Assembly (NCBI RefSeq): GCF_001194135.2
Contig: NC_068984.1
Location: forward strand, 61,015,459 to 61,079,294
Length of the DNA stretch: 63,836 bases
Source of the DNA: Octopus bimaculoides
Lineage: Eukaryota
Reading direction: 5' to 3'
The notes beneath the pieces were generated by a model. The model worked only from the letters and a program-made list of their open reading frames with translations. It ran no database searches and was not told where the DNA came from. This document shows, piece by piece, positions 49,987-63,520 of this stretch (positions are counted from its first letter, which is position 1; each line of letters opens with the position of its first letter). The translations under genes were made by a program, and so were the position numbers.

Positions 49987-50160
49987 AGAGGCATATATAC
50001 GATAGGTTTCATTCAGTTTCCATGTACCAAGTCCACTCACAAGGCTTTTGTCGGCCCGACGTTATAGTAGAAGACAGTTACCTTAGGTAACACACAGCGC
50101 GTCTGAACCCGGAACCATATATTTGAGAAGCAAATTTCTTACCACATAGCAACGCATGTG
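49901..50160 (-). mobile_element. SINE family B copy, truncated at an assembly gap
   Basis: gcggtgttgggggacaaatacagac(CA)n...tccactcacaaggcttttgtcggcccg...gaacccggaaccat...agaagcaaatttcttaccacatagc. Confidence 0.8.
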
Positions 50161-50847
50161 CCCATATACACACACAAACACACACACACACACATACACA
50201 CGCGTACACATACATATGTGTTTGTGTTTGCTGGTGTGTGTGAGGGTGGGTGGTTGTTTATAGTTTATACACGTATATTGCACCGTATTAGACGAGCTCT
50301 TCCCTGGAGCTCACAACAATTTCAATAAAACTTTAAACAATAGAGTAGCATTAATGCTACGAATGAATATTTGGGTTATTCTCTTCCACTCCGTACAACT
50401 TTCACCCTTCGGCAACCAAGAAAGAATTGAAACCACATTAACCATACAGCGCATATCCTGTATTGCATGCAACCTGGCGAGGATTTTTTCCACTTACAAC
50501 TAAATCATGTCTTCATGATATCAATGTTGAATGTTAATATCTATCTCTTTGAAGCTCATTCGCTAATAACCGCTCTGATATCGTTCTTATGCCCAGTGTA
50601 AAACGAATAGCCCATTATGGGTCTATCTATGAACCAACAATATTTTACTTTAATTCTAAATACCGAATACTGAAGGCCAACTTCTTGCCTTAAGAGCCTC
50701 ACCCTGTATGATATTTGTTGATTTGTCCACTTCAAATTACCTTACCATAAAAAAAAGTAAATTCAACAATCTGAATATTTTCACATTTCATATTACGCCT
50801 TGAAGTAAAGAAAATCTTTTGTTATTGCAACATGATTTGGACATACA

Positions 50848-51035
50848 GGGTGGTAAGCTGGTAGAATCGTTAGCCCTTGTTTTACGTCCGGAGTTCAAAT
50901 TCTGCCGAGGTCGACTTTTCTTTTTATCTTTTCGGGGTCGATAAAAAAGTATCAACTGAGCATTGCGATCAGTGTTATCAACTTACTCCTTCCCTTGAAA
51001 TTGTTGGCCTTGCGCCAAAATTTGAAACCGATATG
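50848..51035 (+). mobile_element. SINE family A copy
   Basis: ggtagaatcgttagc...ggagttcaaattctgccgaggtcgact...cggggtcgataaaa...ggccttgcgccaaaatttgaaacc. Confidence 0.85.
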
Positions 51036-52651
51036 ATTTGGAAATATGAGATAATTTTTTAAATCTGCGCTCTACTTTTTAATACCTTTCAGGAGTCTAA
51101 TTTTTAGTACCTTTAGTACCTTTCAGGAGTCTAATCTTCGGATTTCTAACTCTAAATATCTGTATTGCTTTTTTTCCCACATTCTTTTTAAGCTTTAATG
51201 GGATGCTGTGTGGCGTCATTTCTTTTCGGAATGAGAATGATGCATTGTCGTTGTAGTGCTTTATTAAACATGGTTTATGTCGACTGAAATACTCTACAAG
51301 ATGTGTTGTAAACATACTTGAAATATGCAATGATACCCGTCGTATTCAGTGTGCCTAAATCTTATTTCTTTGTTATCCCTGCCTACTCTTGTAGGTCTGC
51401 CATTATATTCTAAATTGCTTTGTATGTATTCCAGCTCGTTTAATTTGTTTTTTATATTTCCTATCACTTCTTTTATTTCCAGACAGATTTCATCATCTCA
51501 GTAGCGTCTTTCAATCTACATTTCCAAATTTTTAATACTTCTTGATGAATTACGTGTTAACGCACATAAATATTAGATTTACAAACATTTACATATAGAT
51601 ATCTCTTTCATAAGGTATTAATTGTTCAGTGATCTCATTATTATTCCCTCTACTTTCCTAATGTTTAATGATCAGAACCAGTGGATCAAACAATGCATAC
51701 ATACGTTAAACTAGTGTCTTTTGCTAGCAAACGTTTTCTCAGTATATAGCGAATGAAATAAAAATCAAAATTAAATATTGGCGCTTTTATTTTGGGAAAA
51801 TATTATCTTTTAACAAGTGAATGCTTTTAAAATATATTGTATCTATGAACATCTCATTGGCATAATACTCTATACCTAATCGTCTTATTAAGGTTTGAAA
51901 TGTTTCTTCAATGCTTTTTATTTTATTTAGAATTGAAAATCGTTTATTCAAAAGAAACAGTTAATTCTCCCTTTAAATGAGCAGGGCATAGTTATTAATC
52001 TGCATAGAATAAAAGAACAGAATATCTTTATAACTTTAAGAAAGCGCCGCTTTCTATGAAGCCTCCTAAATATTTAGAAACCATAGTAAAATCACATTAT
52101 TTTCTTTGATAATTATAATCAAATTTAGTTTTCTTTCTTTTGAGAGAATGTCGATTTACACTTCTTTTAACTCAAATTTAGTTCACATAACTTGTCTTCA
52201 TTTTCTCCTTTTGTTCTTTGTCTTTTTCGCTTGTCCTGCCTTTATTTGTGTCCCTCTCTCATGTTTTCTGTCTTTCCGTTTCACCATCTAATTCATATTA
52301 TCAGCGATTTTTTTTATTTTAAAAAACATATTTTGCTATTTTGTTTAATAATATCCGTTAGATGTCTTCCTAGTTTGATTGTAATTATTGAAATCTTTCA
52401 ACAAATTCTGAGAAAATTATTTTAAAATTTCAAAGAAAACTTTTCTGTTTAAAACTTTAGATGTTTCAATGAACTCTGCCTTTAATCGAATTCGCAAACA
52501 AGGATGAACGAATCTATTTCATTTGAAGATATTCGTCAATAGTAATTGCATCATGGGATTAATGTCAACAGGTTTTAATAATTAGTGATTATGGAGCTTC
52601 ATGATCTTTCATTCAAGAAATACGAATAACCTCTCTCACTACCGTTCTCAT

Positions 52652-52735
52652 CCTCTTCCCATTACTTCTCCCTCTTCCCATTACTTCTCCCTCTTCCCAT
52701 TACTTCTCCCTCTTCCCATTACTTCTCCCTCTTCC
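52652..52735. repeat. 19-bp minisatellite CCTCTTCCCATTACTTCTC, about 4.4 perfect copies
   Basis: Units start at 52652, 52671, 52690 and 52709, with a partial unit at 52728. Confidence 0.95.
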
Positions 52736-54129
52736 TCTCCCTCTTGTTAATATGTATATTTATCAAAGCTACATAGTGTGAATCATTTATCAAAAGCTAA
52801 TTCATGTGAACTGTAAGGTGATAAAGATACCTCTATAAACTAATTTTATTTGAAAATCGTCACCTCTGATCCGTCATCTAAGATCTAATGCGTTTATATC
52901 TTTAAATAAGGGTTCGTGAGATATTTCTTTTTAACGTAAGACCAGGAGCTTTCCACGCATACTGTTCTTTCCTGACCAGGTGAAAAGTAAGGTCTACAGT
53001 AACTTCATTGGCGTTGATGTTAGAACCCAGATAGATATTACAAAGCATTTCGGTCCACAAAAATCCTCTGTCCACCGATTGGTAACTTTATACTACTTGC
53101 TGGGCTTTGCACCACTTAAAGAAAAGATTAACGGTCAGATATAATTCTGAAAACAGATTCAGAAAACCGATTAAGACAAGAATGATCATTGATCACACTC
53201 CTCAGAAAGGGTTATGAGCATTGATGCACGCTGATTATGCACATTGTCAATAGTAGCTATAATTTCATATCTGCGGTGACGTTGATATGTTTCCAGTAAT
53301 ATCGCAGTTAAAATGTTTCTTTTTTTTATTATTAAGCAGAAAATCCCATTCTACATATTACCATTTTAGAGGGATGTAACTGGAATTTATTGAATCAATA
53401 TCTTCTGCATGCACATTAGTTGTGTCCAGATAATATAACAAATGTTCATCTAATCAAAATCGCAAAGTTGTCTCAGCTGGTGAAGATCATATACCTTGTT
53501 CCTAATCTCTTACTATCGTCACCAGCAAAGCCTGTTAGTAAGAATTCGATGCTGGTGTATGAAATCTCAGGCATGGATTTCATTTAATATTTATTTATCT
53601 CATTATATCAAGTTTCCAGAATCAGTGAAGCGCCAAACTAAATGCCCGGTAATATTCTATCTCGATCTGTAAATTTCGCGATTTAATTACACTCCATCGC
53701 TTAATATAATTGCTCAACAGATAGATAATACCATCCGTTGTTCCATGTACATATGGAAATGATGAGATGGCCACGGGTAGAATGCATTTGTTTCTGGGTC
53801 TGTTCGATTACATTTAGCCTGGACTTAAATGACACCCAATTTTTCTATATATTTTTTAATATTAAGCAAAAACACTATATTTGTACACTCACACACGATC
53901 ATATATAGACACAAGCGCATTATATATATAGTAATTATAAGAAGAATATTTTATCGTAATGCCGAAAATACCTCTACGTGCAAAAAATATTGAGACTCCT
54001 TAAAAATGGTATATGCAATGTACATAAAAAATGTAAGTAATATATAGAAATATATGTAGAGATAATGCGAAGAAAATATTCTTTAAAATATCAAACCACA
54101 CACGTATTTATGTAAATTTATAAATGCCC

Positions 54130-54176
<47 letters not shown>

Positions 54177-54641
54177 ACACACACACGCTCACACACACAC
54201 CACACACACACACACACACACGCTCACACACACACACACACACAAACACGTATATATATTATAAATAGACTGAACATTCACTGACAACAAATACCAGTCC
54301 ACAGTACTAGACATATTTCACTGTGTGGACACATAGATGTAAAAAATTAAGTCCCTCAAATTCCAGGTTTTCCAACTCAAACTATGTTCAGCGAATACCA
54401 TAGATGAAGCACGGATAAACAAAGAAAGTACTTTCATACAAAAGTACAAACTAAAACTTAACGAGCTTTAACAGAGCACGTGCACAAACAACTATTCACA
54501 CACAAAACTCATTCTGCCTCTGAACATAAAGAACCTTACACACCTAACAATCTAAGCTTTAGCCACTGGACTACATTCAAACGACTACTTCCACTTTCCC
54601 ACCAGAAAGTTTAAATTTGGAGTGCCTTGATTATAATTAAG

Positions 54642-54935
54642 CATGTTTACTCAACCGTGTCGGCCTTCTTTGTAGGCGCAAAATATACTGTCACGTGACA
54701 CTAACGCACGGACGTAGCGAGAATCATACAAAAGGTTATAAACTTAATCATGTGTTCATTCTCTACAAACACTTGATAGAACACATTCGGAGCATTGATT
54801 GTTTGGACATGTTCAGTCAACCGTGTCAGCCTTAACTTACGACGCCAAACATTGTCACTTGATACTCACACACGGACGTAGCGGGGAGCTTACAAAAATT
54901 TCTAAGACCAGTCACATGACTATCCTCTATCAATA
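54642..54935 (+). repeat. Diverged direct repeat, 166-bp period, two copies
   Basis: catgtttactcaaccgtgtcggcc...cacggacgtagcg at 54642 versus catgttcagtcaaccgtgtcagcc...cacggacgtagcg at 54808. Confidence 0.75.
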
Positions 54936-55167
54936 ATATCCGATTCAAAACGTAAACTAATTTGAGCCATGAACTCCCAATAAAAACAGGGCAAGCTTCA
55001 AACACTAGTCAGAAGCAAGACAGCTGCAACATAAGCCACGTCTTTCAATTTGGAATTTTTGAAAATAAGTGTAAACTGTGAAACCGATTCAACTTTTTAA
55101 ATAATATTTTAACTATTCTCAGTGCATTTTCAACTTCTATTCCCCACCCCATCACTATATAAACATA

Positions 55168-55352
55168 TACGAGGAGGTGCTGAAAAATTTCTGGCTTAGG
55201 GTAAAAGAAAATACAGGAGGATCAGTTAATTATGATTTTGTTCAACATATTCTGCCCTCAGATTCGCACACTTATTGCAGTTTCCCTTCAGTTTTTATAA
55301 GCCCTGTAAAGGAAAGTTGATCCTCAACTAGGCCTTTCGCGATACCCTTAAA
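55168..55352. mobile_element. Mariner-derived MITE, one TIR lost
   Basis: TA|CGAGGAGGTGCTGAAAAATTTCTGGCTT is a mariner-type TIR after a TA target, followed by a short internal sequence ending ...gcgatacccttaaaa. Confidence 0.7.
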
Positions 55353-58300
55353 ATCAATAACATTTTCTTTCTTTGAACACACTGTGTTTTAAATGTGAGA
55401 TTTTCATATAGGTCCATGAATTCCTTCACCGACAATGGTACAAAGAGCACCGTAAGAGTGTGTTGGTATTTATATACTGTACACCACGGAAGGCTGATAT
55501 ATATGGAAATGGTCAAAATATCAACAAAATATATTGGATGAATTTGCTATGCAAACACTTTGCAAAACTGCTGCAATTATCAAAATCAACAAGAAAAATG
55601 CATTTTAAATTTAAATTACAGACATGAGCTGTTATAGTAATTATATGAATACACATTTCGCAGTTATACAGAAATAGTTTTTCCGTACAAAGCTATAAAT
55701 CTCCTACTAAGAAAGTTAACTTTATTTAAAAAACAAATAAGAATTTCATTGTTGGCAAGTGGCTACCAAAATATAAAAACAACGTTATAAGCGTCGAACC
55801 ATGTAATATAAGAGATATTCAATATTTAGCCTTGCGTGAAATGAAATGTAGTTTATAGAATTTGGAATCAGTACAAAGAAGCCGTGCTGGAAAAGTTCAC
55901 TGAAATTACAATAACACAAATAACTTTTCAGAGTCAAGTTTTGTTGAGAATAAAAGAAGTCGTACATGTAACATTACTAATCGGTACGTTCAAAGATAGC
56001 AATCTGTTTGATATTTATCCTTATAGAAATGCTGTTATAGAGAATTTTAAATATATTTTTCCCCGAACATATTCTACTCTTTGGTTTTGGGTCACATCAA
56101 TGTCATAGTAAAAGATGTTCTTGTAGCCAATGGAATGTCGATTTATGAATCTGCACAATAGTTCTTATCCTAGTTGTGCTGTTCATTACCATATTAAAAA
56201 CCTTTTGACTTTTACGAATAACTTCTGTATTTGAAATTATTCACAATTTAGAAGGCGTTAATATATGTTACGAATAAATTTTAAATGTTTCGAAATTTAC
56301 TTCTATAGTTTTGTTTATTAAAAATATTTTATATTTCATGAAGAAACTCTCTTTCAGATGAAGCAATACTCATCACGTTAAGAATCTTATTCGCAACAAA
56401 ATTACAAAGTTTTAAAAACTATTCATGAACAGTAATGCATTGGGGGGAATAGATAAGAAAAAAAATAATCTTTTAGAAATGTTACGGAATAATTTCGGAA
56501 TCAGATTTAGATACTTTTTTTGATAAATATGAATTAAGCACAAACGCAAATGATTCATGTACAAATAAAAAATATATCAGAAAGAGAAAAAAAGAAATAC
56601 TGTACAACGCTTCTAATATTGACTATTCTAGTTGTGGAAGGTAACGCTTTTTTTTTTATTCTAGCCACTTAATTCTTTTAAAAGTGGTGTTTTGGACTAA
56701 TTTATATTCAATTACTTCATTACATAAAAGATATGCTTTTATGATAATATAAAATCCATCACTAATTATATTGTATTTGTTACAATGGAATTTAATTATT
56801 TATGAACGGTATCATAAGATCAGAAAGAGTAAACAGAAACATAAAACTCATTTTCAGTATACATAAATACATAAATATAATAAGAGAAACAATGAAATTG
56901 TTCTGTTTATAAATCACCGCTTTGTATACGAGTTATCAAATGCTCTTTAGTTTTATGCAAATAAATAAAAGAAAGCAAACAAAACATGTTTATAACAAAA
57001 AAAAAAGAAGTTAGATGATTATCAATGGTAAAAGATCTTACTATAAATGGTTATTTCATTTAGGCCCCGATATCAACATAGATTTATGAAAGGATTTTTT
57101 TACATGAAAATTTTGAATTGGCTATGTGAGAAAATGTTTGCTTTTAGTCATCAAGACTTACTTTAAAATGTAAAATATAATTAAATATGTTAATTTTTTA
57201 AAAGAAGTCCTTGTATATTTTTGGATGTAAATTTGTCGTGAGCCCATCCATAAAGTCATAGAAAGATTTAGTGCAGATTTAGTGCAATTTTGTTTTAATG
57301 CGTTTGTCAGAGGAAGAGAGGCAATGGAAATCACGCTGTGATGTTCTGCTACTTATAGGAGAAATAGAAGAATTATCCTTAGACCTGGCACGTGTTCAGA
57401 ATGTTTTCAATAGAGCAAACTCCACTGAAAGCATCTATGATCTAGGTTGTGGCGTTATTCCGAGCAACAGCATAAGTCTATAAACCGGGAGCAGGAAGAA
57501 TGTTTAAGGTAATTTCGATTCGTTTTCCACCTTCTAGATTTCAGTAACAGACTTTTGATCGACTCGACTCCAAGTTGTCACGAAGACAGATCAAGCATGA
57601 AATCATGTAGGTGGGAAGTGCACTTCTCATCCACAAAGCCATATTATATGCAGCTCCAAAGGATAATTTTAAACTCAAGGGTACAAGAATCTAATTTAGA
57701 AAGACAAATTAAAGTTTACAGAAACATGAAAAATGTTTGTGTTCATATAGCAGCAATATTAGGTTGCGCTTGTTGAGAATGAAAATTAATACAATTATAA
57801 TGGACACCAGAAATCGCAATATACCACATCGCTGAATCAGGATTAGACCTCAGATTAAACTTAGGATTTCCTTATGAATCCAATGCACCTAGTAATTAAC
57901 TGCAACAACAAAACATGTCATTAAAATTTGTGACACACACAAATACGAGAAATCACGAAGGAAGAGAAAAATATTTTAAAAATAATCTTGAAAACCCCTT
58001 AGGAAAGATATCACGAGGATGAATGTTGATACATATAAATCACATACATACATACATACATACACACATGCACACGCACGCATACGCACACACACACACA
58101 AAATGTACCCATTTTCACCTTTATTGCACATATTCGTAGAAGATAATCCATTGTTATGCGAAATTATTTGCCAAGCAGCTTGCTACGATATCGCTTAAAT
58201 TTACAGCTTTGGAGCAATATAATTATGAAATACATAAATGACTTACTAAGACAGAAGAAATAATATTCAAAGAAAAGAGAAATTATAACTTTCTTGTTTA

Positions 58301-58991
58301 CTCGTAATTATTATCAACTTGCTCAATTGGAAATGACCACAAAAGTTAAACATATCAGATGTCATTGTCAAGAAACTGCTTTATTTATCGTGAGTCATTG
58401 GGAAAGTAACTGAAAAGTTATTAGATTTGTCTTATATGAAAGAGATTTTAAAGTTTCGGAATGTGATTCTTCCTAAAACAAAGAAAAGATAAATGTAAAG
58501 GAAAAAAAAATGGTAAGAAAAAAAGTGAATGTTCCCAATTCTACAGTGGACGACACATGTTGGCATCAGCAAATAAAATACTTTGCTGCCCTCAGCAACA
58601 CCTATGCTTCTTGCTACAACTACACATACCTAGTGTGTGGCTAGAGCAATCTGTTACATTATATATAGCACTGACTGCACTGCCTTTCTTACTAAGGGTG
58701 TCGCCAAAAGTAGCAATAGTTTAATACACGACTAGAAACAACATCGCTGTAACTATTACACTCTGTCTGTACAAAAACATATTAAGGAGGCATGATAACA
58801 GTCACAAGTCTTAATTGTAACTGCAACAAAGTATGCTGGAAAACGCCGCCTTTATTTTCCAATCGCGTGCTGTGAAGCGCTGATGGCGCCAAATCTACTA
58901 ATCTCATAATGCACCACAACAGCCGCCTTACCGCTCTTTTGGGTAATCATTTTCACGTGACATTATTTGGTAGTAGTAGCCATCTATATCA

Positions 58992-60734
58992 ATGGCCAAT
59001 AGAAAAGTAGATGCTGAAAACAGAGCCTTTGAAATCCGGTGGGAAACCAAGTGCATGTTAACTGACATTGATGGCAAACCCGTGTGCCTTAATTGTGGTA
59101 CTATAATGTTGCTGTACTTAAAGAGTATAATCTCAAACGGCACTACGAAAGAAAACAGGACAAGTACAAATACCTCATTGCTGAGCAGAAGCAACGAAAG
59201 GTAGATGAGTTGAAAAGGAATCTTGCGTTACAATAAACTTTTTTAATCAAAGCAAAATCACTAAGTGAAGCTGCTGTTAAAGCAAGTTTTATTGTGGCAG
59301 AGGAGATCACAAAATCAGCCTGGCCATTTACCGAGGGAGAGTTTGTGAAGAGCTGCGTGGTGAAAAGTGTGATGTTTTGTGTCCACACAAGAAGCAACTG
59401 TTAATGTGAATATTAGCAGAAATAGGTCTCTGATCGGGTGTTTGAGATGGCCTCTGATTTGAAAACACAGTTGATTGAAAAAAGAAAAGATTTTGTTGCA
59501 TACTTTCTTGCTGTGGATGAGACTACTGACACGACTGATACGGCACAGCTGCTTATCTTCATCTGTAGAGTGGACTCCAATTTGTTTGTCATGGAGGACA
59601 TTTTGCACGGAACAACAGGAAAGGACCTTTTTGAAAAAATATGTCACAGTGTAACCGACATGAAACTGCCTTGGGACAAACTTGTTGGACTTACAACACC
59701 GGCGATATATGGAGAAAAAGGTGGACTAGTTGGTAGGATACATTTAAAGATGCAAGAAAAGAACTGCGCTGGTGAGTTGACAACGTATTACTGCATCATA
59801 TATCAGGAAACTCTGTGCGCTAAAGCCTTAAGCATGGAACATATAATGAGCACTGTAACGCAAACCGTAACTTTATCCGAGGCAAAGGGTTAAATCACCG
59901 CCAATTTCAGTCTTTCCTGCGAGAAATGCATTCAGAGTTCGTTAACGTGCCTTATCATTCGGAGGTGTGGTGGCTCAGTCTAGGAAAGGTCCTCAATACA
60001 GTTTTTGTGGTGGTTGAGGAGATAGGTCAGTTTATGGACACTAAAAGAAAAGAATCCAAAGTTCTGCAGGAGGAAAAGTGAAAATGCGAGTTGGAGTTTC
60101 TGGTTGACATAACTGCGCATCTCAATGTTTTAAATATCCAGCTCCAAGGACGGGATCGCCTTATATATGATATGTATAACACAGTGAAGGCATTTCTAGT
60201 GAAGCTGCAGCAATTGAACTCGTCTCACTTTCCCTGTTGCCAAGTAATGTTGAGCCAAGTCAGCGCTGCGGTGTTCTGAAAGCAACACTTTGCTGATAAA
60301 TTGAGGACGCCCTGCATTGAATTCACACGGCGCTTTAGTGACTTTGAAGCACAGAAAAATAATTTCGAACTGCTTCGCAACCAATTTACCCTCAATGTGG
60401 AAACAGCACCTGTACAGATTCAAACGGAGCTTATAGAACTGAAGTGTAACGGGAGATCAAAGCAAAGTACGCCTCTGTGGGGCCCGCTTAGTTCCTGAAG
60501 CAATGTCCCAGCTCCGTTTACATGCAGCTCGAACGCTGTCTTTCTTTGGAATCACATATTTGTGCGAGCAGCTGTTCTCTGTGAAGATGAATAAAACGTC
60601 ACATAGGAGTCGTCTCATAGATGAACATCTGCAATTCATCCTGAGAATCTCAGCAATACAGAACCGACCCAAACATTAAGGAACTCGTGGCCAAGAAAAG
60701 ATGCCAAGTTTGTAGCTGGGATAAAATTGGATAA
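58992..60734 (+). pseudogene. Degenerate hAT (Buster/SPIN group, GTF2IRD2-like) transposase
   Basis: Frameshifted pieces: MANRKVDAENRAF..W..KPVCLNC; SEAAVKASFIVAEEI; FLAVDETTDTTDTAQL; YYCIIYQETLC; YHSEVWWLSLGKVL; LNVLNIQLQG; FGITYLCEQLFSVKMNKTSHRSRL. Confidence 0.92.
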
Positions 60735-60997
60735 AGAAAATTGAAAGTTTCGATTTATCATATTAATTTTCACTAAAAATAATTATAATTATCAAAACTT
60801 TTGGCAGGAGATATTTTTATGCAGAGCAAAATATTTTAAGCAATTTAAGTTAAGGTTAATTTATTTTTCGAAAAAATTATATACCTTCTGTTTTAATACA
60901 TGGTCAAGTTCAAAAAGATTTAGTCTATTCAATAAATCTTTATCCTGTTCGGCCCGCGACCTAAAGTGGGCTTTGAGTTTTGACACCCTGTGCGATA

Positions 60998-61013
60998 GAG
61001 TTTGACACCCCTG
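60998..61013 (+). mobile_element. 3' terminal inverted repeat of the hAT element (GAGTTTGACACCCCTG)
   Basis: Its reverse complement CAGGGGTGTCAAACTC is a typical Charlie/Buster-type TIR, preceded by the subterminal motif ggcccgcgacc. No intact 5' TIR was found. Confidence 0.8.
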
Positions 61014-62355
61014 AATTAAAAGATTCTTTAGTGTGGTGAAGCAAGTAAAAGATAAAAGATAAAGAAACAAAAATAAAAAAGAAACAAGCAAACAAGGTCA
61101 TTAATTTTACATTATACCACAGAAAATTTCAACGATTCGTTGCGCAGACATTCATCAAGAAATGCGGGGAAAGGGACAGGACAGAAAAATAAAACGATTT
61201 GAATGTTCTATGTTTTTTATTACAATAGATATCGCATAATGAACGGTGGCTCCAGCGCTGTTCATGATTCTGGTCACATGATTTATTCAAGGATAGATAA
61301 TAGCATTCGAATCAGCGTTCATAAAGTTGTTTTTCACATATACTAGTAACATGATCAAAAGAACGTGTTGTTTTCGTGAAGCTCCACATTAGCCCTGACC
61401 GAGAAAACTGATGATGACCCAAAACGTTTTATTCATAAAAATCTCATCCTGAAGCTATTGAGAATTTAGAGCTACATTACCCAGTATCTACTTCTTTTTG
61501 TATGGTAAGAGAGCATGTAAGTGTGTAATGGAGAATTAGCAGCTATGTGAGAAACATCAACTCGCAACGCAGGGATTCCCGTTTGCATCGTTTTAGACCT
61601 GCTCTACATCTATAGTACTGGTGCAAAAATACGTGTCATCAGTTTTAACACCACCACCTGATTTTTGGTGCTTCTACTGGGGCGTCATCTGTTTTAAGTA
61701 AGTAGGCTAGCTCTCTTATCTGAGCACAGTTTCCTTAGTTATTCCTATTAGTCTCCGTGAGCCTGGAATGCGTCAATGGTGTTGCCCTCCTTTCTCTGGC
61801 TAAATCATTAAGAAATGTTCTAATTTATTTCAATGAATTCTATTTTTTAAATTTTCTATGATTATATTGCTTATGCGGACTATGTATGTACTCATACATA
61901 GTCAATGAGAAATACAATAACGAAAATTATAAACATACATATATTCAACATACATAACAAGGTTAATAATTAAAACTGTCTACCCAGACTGAATGAAGAG
62001 ACACGAGCAATTTGTTACATAAACCAAAATATTTAAAGACAAAAGGAAGAATGTGCGGACAGAAAAATTTGCACAAATGCTTTTTCATGTCCAACCATTC
62101 ATCAAAGCTGCGCAACAACAGATCATTTAACACAATGCTTTAACAGCAAGTGATTGTTGGATGTTCTTGGTAAATACCATTAAAGCAAAAATAAAAAAGA
62201 AAAGTTTCCAAATATAACAAAATAAAAAAAAAAAACTAGCTTTGATATAAGTTTCGGTACTGAGCAACAATTACTATAGCAATCGATAGTCATGTTTTAT
62301 ATAGCAGTCAATATTGGTTTAAAAGACATTGTTATTGTTATTGTTGTTGTTGTTG

Positions 62356-62389
<34 letters not shown>

Positions 62390-62449
62390 CGTTGTTGTTG
62401 TTGTTGCTGTTGCTGTTATTTTATTATTGCTATTATTATTGTCGTTGTT

Positions 62450-63080
62450 TTCAATGCCTTTTAATAATCGTCGTATTGGTATTTGTCCTTGTAATACTTC
62501 CTTACTCACCATGCTTGGGGTATGTAAAAATTAAGTATAACTATGAAGATCTCCAAGGCGGTCAGTCTGTTGTCAGTATCCTCTGAGTGGTGGATTAGGC
62601 ATGCTGACTGAAAATATTGTGTTTACCGGGAGTTTGAACTGTCTGTCAAGTCCCAACAAGGACCTCAGACAGACAGTACTTTACGCAATATGCGTGCAGT
62701 TCCAAGTAGTGCTGATTTTTGCAATACACGTAGATTGTAGCGTATTTCTAAAGTTTCCAGATGTTTCTTCAGGTTGGGTGGTAATGACAATTGGGATAAC
62801 TTTTATGTTTGACTCTCGTAGTTGTCGTATCTTAGCGATCTCAATTCTCAGTTCTCCATATTTATCAATCTTTTCTCTTTCTTTCATGATAAAATGTTGA
62901 TCTCCTGACACTGCCACGTCGATTATTATACTCTCTTGTTTTTGCCCCCGAAAGGTTACTGTATCCGCCCTTCGGTGCTCTCACACCTTGTCTGTCTGGA
63001 AGTCATAGTCTCAGAGGATTTTTACCTTCCCTTCTTCGTCCATTACCTTTTCTGGTGTATATTGGTACTAAGTACTAATA
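62450..63080 (-). mobile_element. 5'-truncated R4/Dong-type LINE (RLE and 3' UTR) flanked by (AAT)n on both sides
   Basis: DYDFQTDKV*EHRRADTV...IIDVAVSGDQHFIMKEREKIDKYGELRIEIAK...IKVIPIVI...; the 3' UTR ends in an (AAT/AAC)n tail at about 62330-62445. Confidence 0.9.
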
Positions 63081-63081
63081 C

Positions 63082-63115
<34 letters not shown>

Positions 63116-63230
63116 GTTCAGTAATTTTATTTTTATAACGTGCTTTCACTTCACTACCGAGCGCAGCTCTGTGTGCCTTGGGTATGTGCTGTGGTTTTCT
63201 GTGATGCTCTTATGGTTACTGTATCGAACG

Positions 63231-63232
<2 letters not shown>
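63116..63232 (-). mobile_element. ~115-bp LINE 3' UTR fragment between two (ATT)n tracts, copy 2
   Basis: Reverse complement of 35600-35710 with few differences. Confidence 0.8.
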
Positions 63233-63289
<57 letters not shown>

Positions 63290-63290
<1 letters not shown>

Positions 63291-63503
63291 GGCGGCAAGC
63301 TAGCAGAATTACTATCATTCCGGGCGAAATGCTTATCGGTATTCTACCCGTCTCTACATTCTGCGTTCAAATTCCGTGAAGGTCAATTTTGCCTTTCATC
63401 CTTTCGGGGTCAATAGATTAAGTAGCAGTGAAACACTGAGGTTGATGTCATCGACTAGTCCCCTTCCCTAAAATTGCAGGCCTTGTGCCTTTAGTAGAAA
63501 GGG
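63290..63503 (+). mobile_element. SINE family A, full length, between (ATT)n tracts
   Basis: aggcggcaagctagcagaat...gcgttcaaattccg...cctttcatcctttcggggtc...ggccttgtgcctttagtagaaagg(ATT)n. Confidence 0.85.
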
Positions 63504-63520
63504 TTATTATTATTATTATT

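Noticed and set aside
57298-57776. Two short plus-strand ORFs; the second ends CVHIAAIL, like a SWIM zinc finger
   Set aside because: The preceding CxC is missing and no coherent exon structure or transposase context was found.
60975-60990. Apparent duplicated hAT TIR (GAGTTTTGACACCCTG) just inside the real one
   Set aside because: More likely the normal subterminal repeat of this element type than a second insertion.
61408-61435. CTGATGATGACCCAAAACG hammerhead-like string; similar CTGATGAG at about 32205 on the minus strand
   Set aside because: No stem II or GAAA geometry could be built.
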